DNA of 32,000 bases from Dubosiella newyorkensis (GCF_001945605.1 NZ_MPKA01000044.1:150001-182000); one strand, 5' to 3'; positions 1 through 7,970 are shown, counted from the stretch's first letter. The notes: generated by a model from the letters alone, not told the origin. Made by a program: numbers and translations.

Positions 1-221
1 GAATTCGCGAAGCGCTCATTCAACAAGGACAAGGTTTGTCTTTGACTCCAGAAAAAGTGACGACGCTCCAAGACAACTTGAACTCGTTGATTCCTGGACT
101 CGTACCATTGTTGTTGACACTCTTCTGCATGTGGTTGCTGAAGAAGAATGTTTCACCGATCGTGATCATCATTGGCTTGTTTATCGTCGGTATTTTAGGT
201 CACTTGATCGGACTTCTATAA
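1..221 (+). CDS. manZ: PTS mannose/fructose/sorbose-family EIID, C-terminal fragment (5' end outside window)
   Basis: The frame is open from the window edge (phase of nt 3) to TAA at 219-221. The tail ...LIPGLVPLLLTLFCMWLLKKNVSPIVIIIGLFIVGILGHLIGLL matches the conserved C-terminal membrane hairpin of ManZ-type IID proteins. A DUF956/manO gene follows, as in Firmicute man operons. Confidence 0.8.
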   Translation, partial: IREALIQQGQGLSLTPEKVTTLQDNLNSLIPGLVPLLLTLFCMWLLKKNVSPIVIIIGLFIVGILGHLIGLL

Positions 222-244
222 TATAGAAAGAATAGAGGTGGCGC

Positions 245-646
245 ATGCTAGAGGAAATGGTTGCATCAAAAAACACATCAGTCGATCTTGTCGCGAAGGG
301 AACTTCCTTTTTAGGGTTGAGCTCTTATGGACAAATCATGGTCGGCAACAACGCTTTTGAATTTTACAACGATCGAAATGTAGCCGATTATATCCAAATT
401 CCTTGGGAAGAAGTCGATTATGTTTGTGCATCTGTGTACTTTAAAGGCAAATGGATTCCTCGGTATGCGATCGCCACGCTTCATAATGGAACATACACAT
501 TTGCTTCGAAAGAACCATTAAAAGTGTTGAAAGCGATCAAAAAATATGTTCCAGCTGATCATATCGTTAAGTCTTTGACCTTTTTTCAAGTCGTCAAGCG
601 TGGCTTGAAGCGAAAAGAGAAAGACCCAGCAAAAAGCGCCAATTGA
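245..646 (+). CDS. manO: DUF956 family protein (ManO-like)
   Basis: 133 aa with VDLVAKGTSFLGL...NAFEFYNDRNVADYIQIPWEEVDYV...GKWIPRYAI, the characteristic DUF956/ManO signature. It sits directly downstream of the IID gene. Confidence 0.85.
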   Translation: MLEEMVASKNTSVDLVAKGTSFLGLSSYGQIMVGNNAFEFYNDRNVADYIQIPWEEVDYVCASVYFKGKWIPRYAIATLHNGTYTFASKEPLKVLKAIKKYVPADHIVKSLTFFQVVKRGLKRKEKDPAKSAN

Positions 647-660
647 CGGCGCTTTTTTTT
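631..660 (+). terminator. Rho-independent terminator of the man operon
   Basis: GCGCC (636-640) pairs with GGCGC (648-652) around a 7-nt loop containing the manO stop codon. An A-run precedes the stem and T8 (653-660) follows it. Confidence 0.8.
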
Positions 661-668
661 AGGAGGTT

Positions 669-677
669 TGCTATAAT
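669..677 (+). promoter_or_regulatory. Extended -10 promoter (TGcTATAAT)
   Basis: TG at 669-670, then one nt, then a perfect TATAAT at 672-677. It lies about 30 nt upstream of the ATG at 708, with a purine-rich SD (GGAAAAGGAAGAAAGAAGGAAAA) in between. Confidence 0.55.
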
Positions 678-707
678 GGTTGGAAAAGGAAGAAAGAAGG
701 AAAATGT

Positions 708-1265
708 ATGTTTGAAATGAATACAGGCTTACAATGGATCATTTCGATCGGATTGATCGCTTATGTGGGCTATTCCTTGTTCAAAACAGGAAAAGAATTT
801 AGAGAATACCGCAAGAATTCGAAAGAATATCTCGCCAAACACAAGGACGCGAAAGAAGAGCATTATGGGATATGGCAATGCACGCTGCTTGTGATCATGA
901 CGATCGCTTGTTTAGGGATGGCGCTTTTTGCTCAACTATTTTCAGTGGACGAAAGCCAATTGCTGCTCTATCGAGTCGCTTATTTATGTATTGGGATCTT
1001 GTTTGTCGGATTGACAATGGAGATGTGGATCCATCGCTCGATCATTTTTACAGAAGATGGTTTTTTTATCGGAACGAGAGCATATCGTTATCGTATGATC
1101 ACAACCTTGGAAAAAAGCAAGGGGATCATCAAAACGATCCGTGTTCTTTTTCAAAATGGCGATGTGATCCAAGTCTCGCTGAAGATCGGAGAACTGATAC
1201 GCGTCCGCTATAATGAATTTAAGGCGATCAAAAAAGAAAAGAAAGAAAAAAGGAGACGTCGATGA
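708..1265 (+). CDS. Hypothetical membrane protein (about 3 TM helices, soluble C-terminal domain, polybasic tail)
   Basis: 185 aa with hydrophobic segments WIISIGLIAYVGYSLF, LLVIMTIACLGMALFAQLF and VAYLCIGILFVGLTM. The C-terminus is KKEKKEKRRRR. The stop overlaps the next ATG (ATGA). I recognise no family. Confidence 0.6.
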   Translation: MFEMNTGLQWIISIGLIAYVGYSLFKTGKEFREYRKNSKEYLAKHKDAKEEHYGIWQCTLLVIMTIACLGMALFAQLFSVDESQLLLYRVAYLCIGILFVGLTMEMWIHRSIIFTEDGFFIGTRAYRYRMITTLEKSKGIIKTIRVLFQNGDVIQVSLKIGELIRVRYNEFKAIKKEKKEKRRRR

Positions 1266-2050
1266 AGCTCTTCCTGAGCGATGTGGATGGAACTCTTTTG
1301 AGCTATGACCATCATGTGCGCAAAGAAGATATCGAAGCGATCAAAGTCTGGCAAGCCAAAGGGGATCTTTTTGGACTCGTTAGCGGAAGAGGCTATGCGT
1401 TTTGCACCGATCTGCTCAGGGAGCATGGAATAAAAAGCGATGTTTTGATCACCAACAATGGTGCTTGCGCCTATATAAAAGATGAATGCGTCTTTTCAGA
1501 TCCGATCGAGAAACAATCCGTGTTCACTGTCTTTGAAGACCTTAAAACGATGAAAGAAGCCCTTATTCCGTTTATCACGATGGACGATGGGTATCATTAT
1601 GCGCGAAAAGAAGAGCTCGCTCTTCTCAAACAAAAACAAGCGCATTTGAAAAATTTTGGTGAAGGGGATGTTTTAGAAGAAGTGAAGGCGGGAAAAAAAG
1701 TATACAAGATCAGTCTTTATGTCTTTGATCCGAAAATGACCGATCGGCTCCTCGCTCTGTTTCAAGCAAAATGGCCTGCTTTGAATGTATCCAAAACGTC
1801 GATCGACTATATTGAGATCACCAATCAAGGGGTAGATAAAAGAAAAGCTTTTGACGCTTTAGAACAAAATATGGCGATCGATCGGGAACGCGTCGCTTTT
1901 ATTGGAGATGGAAGCAACGATCTTCCTTTGTTTGACGCGCTCCCCCATACGTATGGCATGCCTCATACACCAGGCGAAGTAAAAAAACATGTGAATAAAA
2001 TCGTCACTTCTATAGAAGAGGCGATCAAGATAGAAGAAGGAAGAATTTGA
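1262..2050 (+). CDS. HAD-superfamily hydrolase, subfamily IIB (Cof-type sugar-phosphate phosphatase)
   Basis: Motif I is FLSDVDGTLL at the N-terminus and motif IV is FIGDGSNDLPLF. The 262-aa length is typical of Cof-like phosphatases. Confidence 0.85.
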   Translation: MKLFLSDVDGTLLSYDHHVRKEDIEAIKVWQAKGDLFGLVSGRGYAFCTDLLREHGIKSDVLITNNGACAYIKDECVFSDPIEKQSVFTVFEDLKTMKEALIPFITMDDGYHYARKEELALLKQKQAHLKNFGEGDVLEEVKAGKKVYKISLYVFDPKMTDRLLALFQAKWPALNVSKTSIDYIEITNQGVDKRKAFDALEQNMAIDRERVAFIGDGSNDLPLFDALPHTYGMPHTPGEVKKHVNKIVTSIEEAIKIEEGRI

Positions 2051-2052
2051 TT

Positions 2053-2385
2053 ATGTCAAGAAAACGAAAAGCAGGACCTCGGGCGACCGCCGCTTCGATG
2101 GTCTTGGAAACTTTAAAAAAAAGAAAGGCGTTTGATTCCAAGAGCGCGATTCCAGTTTCCGCCTTTAAAGATCTGCCTTTAGCGACAAAGACATTGGCGT
2201 ATACGATCGCTAATTTGGTCGAGGAGGGAGTCGTTGTCCAAACAGATGGCGATCTCTATTATTATGATGAGCTTGGCTTCAAAGCGCTGGAAGTGAAGTT
2301 CGTGAAAGGATATTCGATGTTTATCGTGATTCCGATCGTTCTTTTAGTGATCGTTTTGCTCGTTCAGCATTTTTTTCATATTTAG
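2053..2385 (+). CDS. Hypothetical small protein, possible winged-helix domain with C-terminal TM anchor
   Basis: ATG at 2053 is preceded by AAGGAAG; the ORF track's TTG at 2047 is less likely. The C-terminal segment MFIVIPIVLLVIVLLV is a single TM helix. I recognise no family. Confidence 0.5.
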   Translation: MSRKRKAGPRATAASMVLETLKKRKAFDSKSAIPVSAFKDLPLATKTLAYTIANLVEEGVVVQTDGDLYYYDELGFKALEVKFVKGYSMFIVIPIVLLVIVLLVQHFFHI

Positions 2386-2389
2386 ATTG

Positions 2390-2417
2390 ATGATGTGGCA
2401 TTCCACATCATTTTTTT
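2390..2417 (+). terminator. Rho-independent terminator
   Basis: ATGATGTGG (2390-2398) pairs with CCACATCAT (2403-2411) as a perfect 9-bp stem with a 4-nt loop, followed by a T-run to 2417. Confidence 0.8.
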
Positions 2418-2426
2418 GTGTTCGTG

Positions 2427-2435
2427 TGCTACATT
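2427..2435 (+). promoter_or_regulatory. Extended -10 promoter (TGcTACATT)
   Basis: TG at 2427-2428, one nt, then TACATT at 2430-2435. It lies between the terminator and the GGAGAG SD that precedes the ATG at 2458. Confidence 0.4.
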
Positions 2436-2457
2436 GAAAGAAAAAGGAGAGACGTTT

Positions 2458-4392
2458 ATGTCAATTGAAGCGGCCGACGCGTATGCAGAAGCAAGAAAAG
2501 CGGGAAAAAAAGAAGAAGCAGAAGGGAAAGGGCTGCCCGTCCTCGATCAAATCTTACAAGATCCAAGCGAGTATGCTAAGGAAAGGATCGGAATTCGAGA
2601 AATTCCTTTAGAGCAAATCGTAGGAACGAAGACAGAAGGACGAAAGGGCGCCATGACAGGGCAGTTTTTACCTCTTTTAAAGGAAGATAGCGAATTTGCC
2701 AATAAGTGGATGCGCTTATATGACGCGCAAATCGAAGAAGGCTTGCGCGACCCGATCAAAGTATACGAATATTATCATCAATATTATGTGGAAGAGGGAA
2801 ATAAACGCGTTTCTGTCATGAAGTTTTTAGGCGGCAATTCGATCATGGCGGATGTCACTCGAATCTTGCCAAAAAAAGAAAAGACCCAAAAAAGCCAGGC
2901 GTACTACGCGTATCTCGATTTTATTCGCGAACACCATCTTAATTTTATCGACTTGCCAAAAAAAGAAGAGTATAGCCAGCTTGAAAAGCTCTTGTCGCTT
3001 GGTAAAGAGGAGCGGATGAACCGAGAAAAAGAGCGCCAGATCAAAGCAGAATATGAATTGTTCAAAAAAGCGTTTGCTCAAATCAAAGACGAAGGAATGC
3101 ATTTGAGCGTTGGAGAAGCGTTTCTCTTGTATTTAGAAACATATGGACTCGAGGGCTTTACTGAAAAAAGCCGGCTCGAGCTTGAAAAAGAATTGCTGCG
3201 CATCCAAGCGGATCTGCGCGCTTTTCCAAAAAAACTAGAAGCGAAGATCGAAACCCAGCCCCTCGATAAGGAACTGAAAAAAAGGATCCTGCTCAAACCA
3301 AAAGTCAATGTTGGCTTTATTTATGTGAAAGATGAAATGCGCTCGGCTTGGACAAAGCTTCATCTCGAGGGCCAAGAGTATGTCAAGCACCTCATGCCAG
3401 AAGAAGTGTATACGAAATCGTATTTTGACGCGAACACGTTGGAAGAACAAATCAGCCAGATCGAGAAGGCGATCGAAGACGGGGCGCAAGTCGTCTTTAC
3501 AACGTCTCCGATCATGCTGCGGGCAAGCATCATGATGGCGGCCAAATATCCAAAAGTGCAGATCTTGAATTGTTCGCTCAATACACGAACGGGGCATTTA
3601 CGGACTTATTTTGCCCGGAATTTTGAAGTTCAGTTTCTTAACGGGATGATCGCAGGGATCCTCTCGGAATCGGATGAGTTAGGCTATATCGCGGATTATC
3701 CATTTTATGGGATGATCTCTAATATCAACGCGTTCGCACTAGGAGCTAAGATGGTCAACCCTCGAGCAAGAGTATTTTTGGATTGGTCCACTGCCAAACA
3801 GACGCTGCAGACAGGCCACGAAATCAAGAACGTAGATATCACTTATATTGCAGGAGAAGAGTTCAACACGGAACTCAATTCGCCAAAAATGTTTGGCTTA
3901 TACGATCTAAGCAAACAAAGATTCATGAATTTAGCAACTCGCAAATATTATTGGGGAGAATTTTATAAGCAACTTTTGACGAGTATATTGAACGGATCGT
4001 TCCGTTTGATCGAGCGTCATGGTAACGAGTCGATTAATTACTGGTGGGGATTGAGCAATGGAATGCTGGATCTCTATTTAAAAGATAGTTTGCCTAAGCA
4101 GACAAGACGTTTGATCGAAGTGATGAAGGAACACATGTCTGAGGGAGGATTCAATCTTTTTTCCACAGAAATGAAGGATCAAAAGGGCCGCATTCGCAAC
4201 CATGAAAACGAATCGATGTCTTTGCAGGAAATCGCCGACATGGATTGGCTTCTAGAAAATGTGGTCGGAAAGATCCCTAAGCTTTCTGATTTTACAGAAG
4301 AGGCGCAAGAATTGATTGCCCAATATGGAATCTATTCTCTTCAGGAAGGAAGTGTGGATCATGGAATTGAAGATCCTAGCGATCAGCGATGA
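2458..4392 (+). CDS. Cytoplasmic fusion protein: ParB/sulfiredoxin-like N-terminal domain, helical linker, BMP (PnrA/Med)-family periplasmic-binding-fold domain
   Basis: The start is set at ATG 2458 (SD AAAGGAGAG) because the 2395 start in the ORF track runs through the terminator hairpin. The N-terminal region IREIPLEQIVG...GLRDPIKVYEYYHQYYVEEGNKRVSVMKFLGGNSIMADV follows the ParB N-domain pattern (IP..I, P-I-x-V, G-x-x-R-x-x-A/V-x-x-x-LG). The C-terminal region VVFTTSPIMLRASIMMAAKYPKVQILNCS...GYIADYPFYGMISNINAFALGAKMVNPRARVFLDWS follows the BMP-family pattern. There is no signal peptide or lipobox. Confidence 0.6.
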   Translation: MSIEAADAYAEARKAGKKEEAEGKGLPVLDQILQDPSEYAKERIGIREIPLEQIVGTKTEGRKGAMTGQFLPLLKEDSEFANKWMRLYDAQIEEGLRDPIKVYEYYHQYYVEEGNKRVSVMKFLGGNSIMADVTRILPKKEKTQKSQAYYAYLDFIREHHLNFIDLPKKEEYSQLEKLLSLGKEERMNREKERQIKAEYELFKKAFAQIKDEGMHLSVGEAFLLYLETYGLEGFTEKSRLELEKELLRIQADLRAFPKKLEAKIETQPLDKELKKRILLKPKVNVGFIYVKDEMRSAWTKLHLEGQEYVKHLMPEEVYTKSYFDANTLEEQISQIEKAIEDGAQVVFTTSPIMLRASIMMAAKYPKVQILNCSLNTRTGHLRTYFARNFEVQFLNGMIAGILSESDELGYIADYPFYGMISNINAFALGAKMVNPRARVFLDWSTAKQTLQTGHEIKNVDITYIAGEEFNTELNSPKMFGLYDLSKQRFMNLATRKYYWGEFYKQLLTSILNGSFRLIERHGNESINYWWGLSNGMLDLYLKDSLPKQTRRLIEVMKEHMSEGGFNLFSTEMKDQKGRIRNHENESMSLQEIADMDWLLENVVGKIPKLSDFTEEAQELIAQYGIYSLQEGSVDHGIEDPSDQR

Positions 4393-4960
4393 AGTTTCTA
4401 AAGCGCTTTATGAGTATTTTGATCCAAAAAAGCTAGAGGGAATCGATATGATCGTTTCTTGTGGGGATCTTCCAGCGTATTATTTGACCTTTTTGGCGAC
4501 AGTCTTTCGAGGACCTGTCTTATATATCCATGGCAACCATGATGTCAAGTACGCGTATAAGCCTCCTGAAGGATGCATCTGCATCGAAGATACGATCTAT
4601 GAATATAAAGGCGTCCGTTTTTTGGGGTTGGGAGGCTCTTATCAGTACAACAGCACAGAATGGCAGTTTACTGAAAAACAAATGGAGAAAAGAGTGCGCA
4701 AGCTCTGGTGGATGATCCGTAAATACAAAGGATTTGATGTGCTTGTCACTCATGCTCCGGCTTATCGTTTGAGCGATGGAAAGGATCTTTGCCACCGGGG
4801 ATTCCGTGCTTTTCGAATTTTAATGGACAAATACGCGCCAAAATTATACTTATACGGACATGTCCATATGTCATATGGGGATTTTCCGCGTAAATTCTAT
4901 TACAAGCATACGTTGTGCGTGAATGCGTACGGGTATAATGAAGTGGATTTGAGGGCTTAG
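4361..4960 (+). CDS. Calcineurin-like metallophosphoesterase
   Basis: ATG at 4361 is preceded by AGGAAGGAAG and overlaps the upstream gene by 32 nt. Motifs present are ILAISDE, SCGDL, HGNHD, LVTHAP and YGHVHM. The first motif has DE instead of the usual DxH. Confidence 0.8.
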   Translation: MELKILAISDEVSKALYEYFDPKKLEGIDMIVSCGDLPAYYLTFLATVFRGPVLYIHGNHDVKYAYKPPEGCICIEDTIYEYKGVRFLGLGGSYQYNSTEWQFTEKQMEKRVRKLWWMIRKYKGFDVLVTHAPAYRLSDGKDLCHRGFRAFRILMDKYAPKLYLYGHVHMSYGDFPRKFYYKHTLCVNAYGYNEVDLRA

Positions 4961-4974
4961 GTCCTCTTTTTTTT
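4951..4974 (+). terminator. Rho-independent terminator
   Basis: GAGGGC (4951-4956) pairs with GUCCUC (4961-4966), including one G-U pair. The 4-nt loop contains the TAG stop, and T8 (4967-4974) follows. Confidence 0.6.
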
Positions 4975-5178
4975 GAATCTGTGACAATTTTCACTATGTT
5001 TATACGTCGAATCCTGAAATACTATATATAAAAGAGATTGTGGTAAGGACTGCATGTTGTTTGTGGCAAAAAGAAATGATGTTGCGAATTTTAAAGAAAT
5101 TATCGAAAAGTCAACAAAAAAAGAGCAGAAATTATTCAGTAAACCTGTTAAAATTATGGATAAATATGGGAATTTTGC

Positions 5179-5193
5179 TCGAAAACGCTTGCA
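5179..5193 (+). promoter_or_regulatory. cre-like (CcpA) operator overlapping the PTS promoter -35
   Basis: TCGAAAACGCTTGCA compared with the cre consensus WTGNAANCGNWNNCW has one mismatch (C for T at position 2). It overlaps the TTGCAT -35 box. Confidence 0.35.
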
Positions 5194-5217
5194 TATCAAA
5201 TAACATATAGATATACT
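5189..5217 (+). promoter_or_regulatory. Sigma-A-type promoter of the PTS operon
   Basis: TTGCAT (5189-5194), an exact 17-nt spacer, then TATACT (5212-5217). It lies about 40 nt upstream of the IIA start. Confidence 0.55.
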
Positions 5218-5255
5218 TACCTTAGTAAATCACATAGTTGAGATGGAGGAGAAAT

Positions 5256-5687
5256 ATGAAATATGTAGTTATGGTAAGCCATGGCGAATTTGCTCCAGGT
5301 CTTCATTCCGCTGTTAAAATGATGACTGGAAATCGTGACGATGTATTATCCACTAGCTTGAAAGAGGATATGAGCGCGGATGAATTCGCGGCGAACTTCA
5401 AGGAACTTGTGAAAGATCTAAAACCAGGGGAAGATCAAGTGATCTTGCTTGCGGATATTTTGAGCGGATCTCCATTCACGAACGCTTTAAGCGTTTTGGA
5501 TGAAAAAGGAATGCTTCAAGACTCGCTTGTGATCGCTGGAATGAACATGCCTCTTGCGATCACGGCTGTGCTCATGAAAGATAACTTTGACGATATGAAC
5601 GCTTTGAAAGAAACGCTGCTTAGTGAAGGAAAAGCGGGATTGACTGAATTCGTCGTTGCTGCTAACGATGACGAAGACGATCTTTAA
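5256..5687 (+). CDS. PTS mannose/fructose/sorbose-family EIIA
   Basis: ATG at 5256 follows GGAGGAG. The N-terminus MKYVVMVSHGEFAPGL carries the phosphorylatable His in the typical EIIA-Man context. Confidence 0.85.
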   Translation: MKYVVMVSHGEFAPGLHSAVKMMTGNRDDVLSTSLKEDMSADEFAANFKELVKDLKPGEDQVILLADILSGSPFTNALSVLDEKGMLQDSLVIAGMNMPLAITAVLMKDNFDDMNALKETLLSEGKAGLTEFVVAANDDEDDL

Positions 5688-5749
5688 AATTGGGTTTAAG
5701 CGTTAGGAAGCGCTGAATCATACGATCAAAATTAGAGGAGGAAAGAAAA

Positions 5750-6241
5750 ATGATTACTTTTATGCGTGTGGATGACCGTATCATTCACGGTCAAATCATC
5801 ACTCGTTGGTCAAAAGAGTACCCTTGTGATGGAATCATCGCGGTCAACGACAAAGCGGCTACGACACCAGTTCTTGCTCAATCTTTTAAAGCAAGCACGG
5901 ATAAGAAGGTGTTCGTATGGACGAAGGAACACTTCAAGGAAGTTCAAGACAAAGTTCTGAATTCTCCAAAGCGCTATTTCTTGATCACAAAGAATCCTGT
6001 GGATATGAAAGAGATCCTCGTAGATATGGATTTCAAGCCTAGCGATGTAAAAAAATTGATCATCGGACCTTGCAATGACCGTCCAGGAGCTACAAAACTT
6101 GGTCAAAACCAAAGTATCACGCAAGAAGAAGCAGACGCTCTTGAAGCGATCTACAAAAAAGGCTATGATGTTGAATTCGCGCTTTTGAAGGAAACATCGA
6201 TCGGTGAATGGCCAAAATTCAGATCTAAATTCGGTTATTGA
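5750..6241 (+). CDS. PTS mannose/sorbose-family EIIB
   Basis: The N-terminus MITFMRVDDRIIHGQIITRW is the canonical EIIB-Man/Sor active-site His motif. SD is GAGGAGG. Confidence 0.9.
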   Translation: MITFMRVDDRIIHGQIITRWSKEYPCDGIIAVNDKAATTPVLAQSFKASTDKKVFVWTKEHFKEVQDKVLNSPKRYFLITKNPVDMKEILVDMDFKPSDVKKLIIGPCNDRPGATKLGQNQSITQEEADALEAIYKKGYDVEFALLKETSIGEWPKFRSKFGY

Positions 6242-6294
6242 TTGGGAAGAACGATAATCGGTTAGATAAATTTAAGTAAAAGGAGAAGAGTTTT

Positions 6295-7137
6295 ATGAGT
6301 TTATTTCAAGCTATCTTGATTGGTTTGGTTTCTTGTACAGCTGCTTCCACGATTGCTTGCTTAGGTACGACAGTCGGTAACTATACGTTGAACCGTCCGC
6401 TCGTTGCATCCATGATCGTTGGTATCATTCTTGGCGATGTTTCTGGATGTATCTTAATTGGTATCCCTATGCAGGTTATGTGGATCGCGCTCGTTACACC
6501 TGGTGGAACTGTTGCATCAGACTTACGTGCCGTTTCTTATATCGGTATTCCTCTTGCCTATGTTGGCGTTAAGGCCGCTGGTATCGATCCTGCGTCCGAC
6601 GAAGCGTTCCAATTGGCAAGTTCTATTTCGGCCATGACTGGTACGATCGGTATCACGTTGTTCTATGGTACAGCGATGATGAACCTGATCTGGCAGCATA
6701 TTGGATGGGCAAAACTTGATAAAGGCGATTTCGAGATCGTTGGAAAAGTAGACGCTTTGATGCCTTTGATCTCTCACTTCTGCTTGTCTTTCTTGCCTGT
6801 TACTTTGCTTTGCTATTTTGGATCCGGAGCCGTTGAAGAAGTATTCAAGACGTTGGATGTATCTGTTTGGTATGTCAAGGCCCTTCTTTGCGTAGGTTCT
6901 GTTCTTCCAGCTGTTGGTATCGCGATCTTGTTGAAATCTGTGGTGAACAAAACATCTGACTTAGTATTCTTCCTTCTTGGTTTCGTTCTTGCAGCTGCAA
7001 TGGGATTGACTCTTCTTGCTGCTACAGTTGTTGGTGGTGTATTCGCTTTGATCAACTACCAGATGACAATGATCAAGATCGAGGCAAACAAAGGCGGCGG
7101 AGCTGCTGTTGTCGTTGAAGAAGAGGAGGATATTTAA
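6295..7137 (+). CDS. PTS mannose/fructose/sorbose-family EIIC
   Basis: 280-aa polytopic membrane protein located between IIB and IID, with an acidic tail VVVEEEEDI. SD is AAAGGAGAAG. Confidence 0.85.
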   Translation: MSLFQAILIGLVSCTAASTIACLGTTVGNYTLNRPLVASMIVGIILGDVSGCILIGIPMQVMWIALVTPGGTVASDLRAVSYIGIPLAYVGVKAAGIDPASDEAFQLASSISAMTGTIGITLFYGTAMMNLIWQHIGWAKLDKGDFEIVGKVDALMPLISHFCLSFLPVTLLCYFGSGAVEEVFKTLDVSVWYVKALLCVGSVLPAVGIAILLKSVVNKTSDLVFFLLGFVLAAAMGLTLLAATVVGGVFALINYQMTMIKIEANKGGGAAVVVEEEEDI

Positions 7138-7139
7138 TT

Positions 7140-7955
7140 ATGAAAAAGATTTCTAAAAAGACATTAAATTCATCCTTCTGGCGTTGGTGGTATGGAAACT
7201 TGACTTGTTTCTCTCACGAACACATGCAGACTTTTGGTTACATGTGGGCGATGATCCCTATTTTGAAGGAATTGTACCCTACTCATGAAGAACAAGCTGA
7301 AAAGCTTCAAACATACTATGCATTCTTCAATACAGAACCTCAAATTGGATGTATCGTAGTCGGTGTTACAGCTGGTTTGGAAGAAGCTCGTGCAAATGGC
7401 GCTGAAGGAATCGATGATGAAATGATCAATGGTATCCGTGCTGGTTTGATGGGTCCATTGGCTGGTATCGGTGACTCTTTGATCGTTGGTACGTATATTC
7501 CGATCTTGTTAGGTATCGCGGTAGGTCTTGCTGAAGGCGGATCTGTGATCGGTCCTATCTTCTACATCGTAGTTTGGAATATCACATCGACTTGGTTCCA
7601 AAAATTCGTATTCGATAAAGGATATTCTCTTGGTGGTTCTGCCGTAGAACTTCTCGTTGGTGAAAAGGCGACAGCGTTCCGTGAATCCGTTATCGTTATG
7701 GGTCAAGTTATCGTTGGTGCCATGGCCGCTTCTTGGGTCAACATCACTACTCCACTTCAAATCGCTACGAACTCTGAGGGTGAACCTGTAATGTTGCAGG
7801 CGAACTTAGATGGAGCGTTCCCTAAGATCTTGACAATGTTGTTTGTCGTATTCTGCTGGTGGCTCCAAGCGAAAAAAGGTTTAACACCAATCAAAGTCCT
7901 TCTTTTGATGGCAGTGATCGCTTTCGTTGGATCTGTTTTGGGTATTCTTGGATAG
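7140..7955 (+). CDS. PTS mannose/fructose/sorbose-family EIID
   Basis: The N-terminus SFWRWWYGNLTCFSHEHMQTFGYMWAMIPILKELY is typical of IID proteins. It starts 2 nt after the IIC stop. Confidence 0.9.
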   Translation: MKKISKKTLNSSFWRWWYGNLTCFSHEHMQTFGYMWAMIPILKELYPTHEEQAEKLQTYYAFFNTEPQIGCIVVGVTAGLEEARANGAEGIDDEMINGIRAGLMGPLAGIGDSLIVGTYIPILLGIAVGLAEGGSVIGPIFYIVVWNITSTWFQKFVFDKGYSLGGSAVELLVGEKATAFRESVIVMGQVIVGAMAASWVNITTPLQIATNSEGEPVMLQANLDGAFPKILTMLFVVFCWWLQAKKGLTPIKVLLLMAVIAFVGSVLGILG

Positions 7956-7970
7956 AATTAAAATCAGATG

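Noticed and set aside
872-1213. 113-aa alternative-frame ORF and 62-aa antisense ORF inside the membrane protein gene at 708-1265.
   Set aside because: The 708 frame has a promoter, an SD, clear TM helices and translational coupling to the HAD gene. The alternatives have none of these.
2395-2457. N-terminal 21-aa extension of the ParB/BMP protein (track start at 2395).
   Set aside because: The extension begins inside the 9-bp terminator stem and T-run at 2390-2417 and has no SD. ATG 2458 has a strong AAAGGAGAG SD.
5060-5195. Sigma-54 -24/-12 promoter (TGGCA...TTGC) upstream of the man-family PTS, as in LevR/ManR-controlled operons.
   Set aside because: TGGCA at 5064-5068 and TTGC at 5082-5085 are 13 nt apart instead of the 5-6 nt the TGGCAC-N5-TTGC geometry requires. 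The other GG/GC pairs near 5168-5193 also miss the spacing.
4957-5199. 80-aa minus-strand ORF in the PTS upstream region.
   Set aside because: It has no SD and a Phe/Leu/Ile-rich composition typical of AT-rich non-coding DNA. It would be transcribed into the terminator of the upstream operon. The plus-strand 49-codon ORF is reported as a low-interest finding instead.
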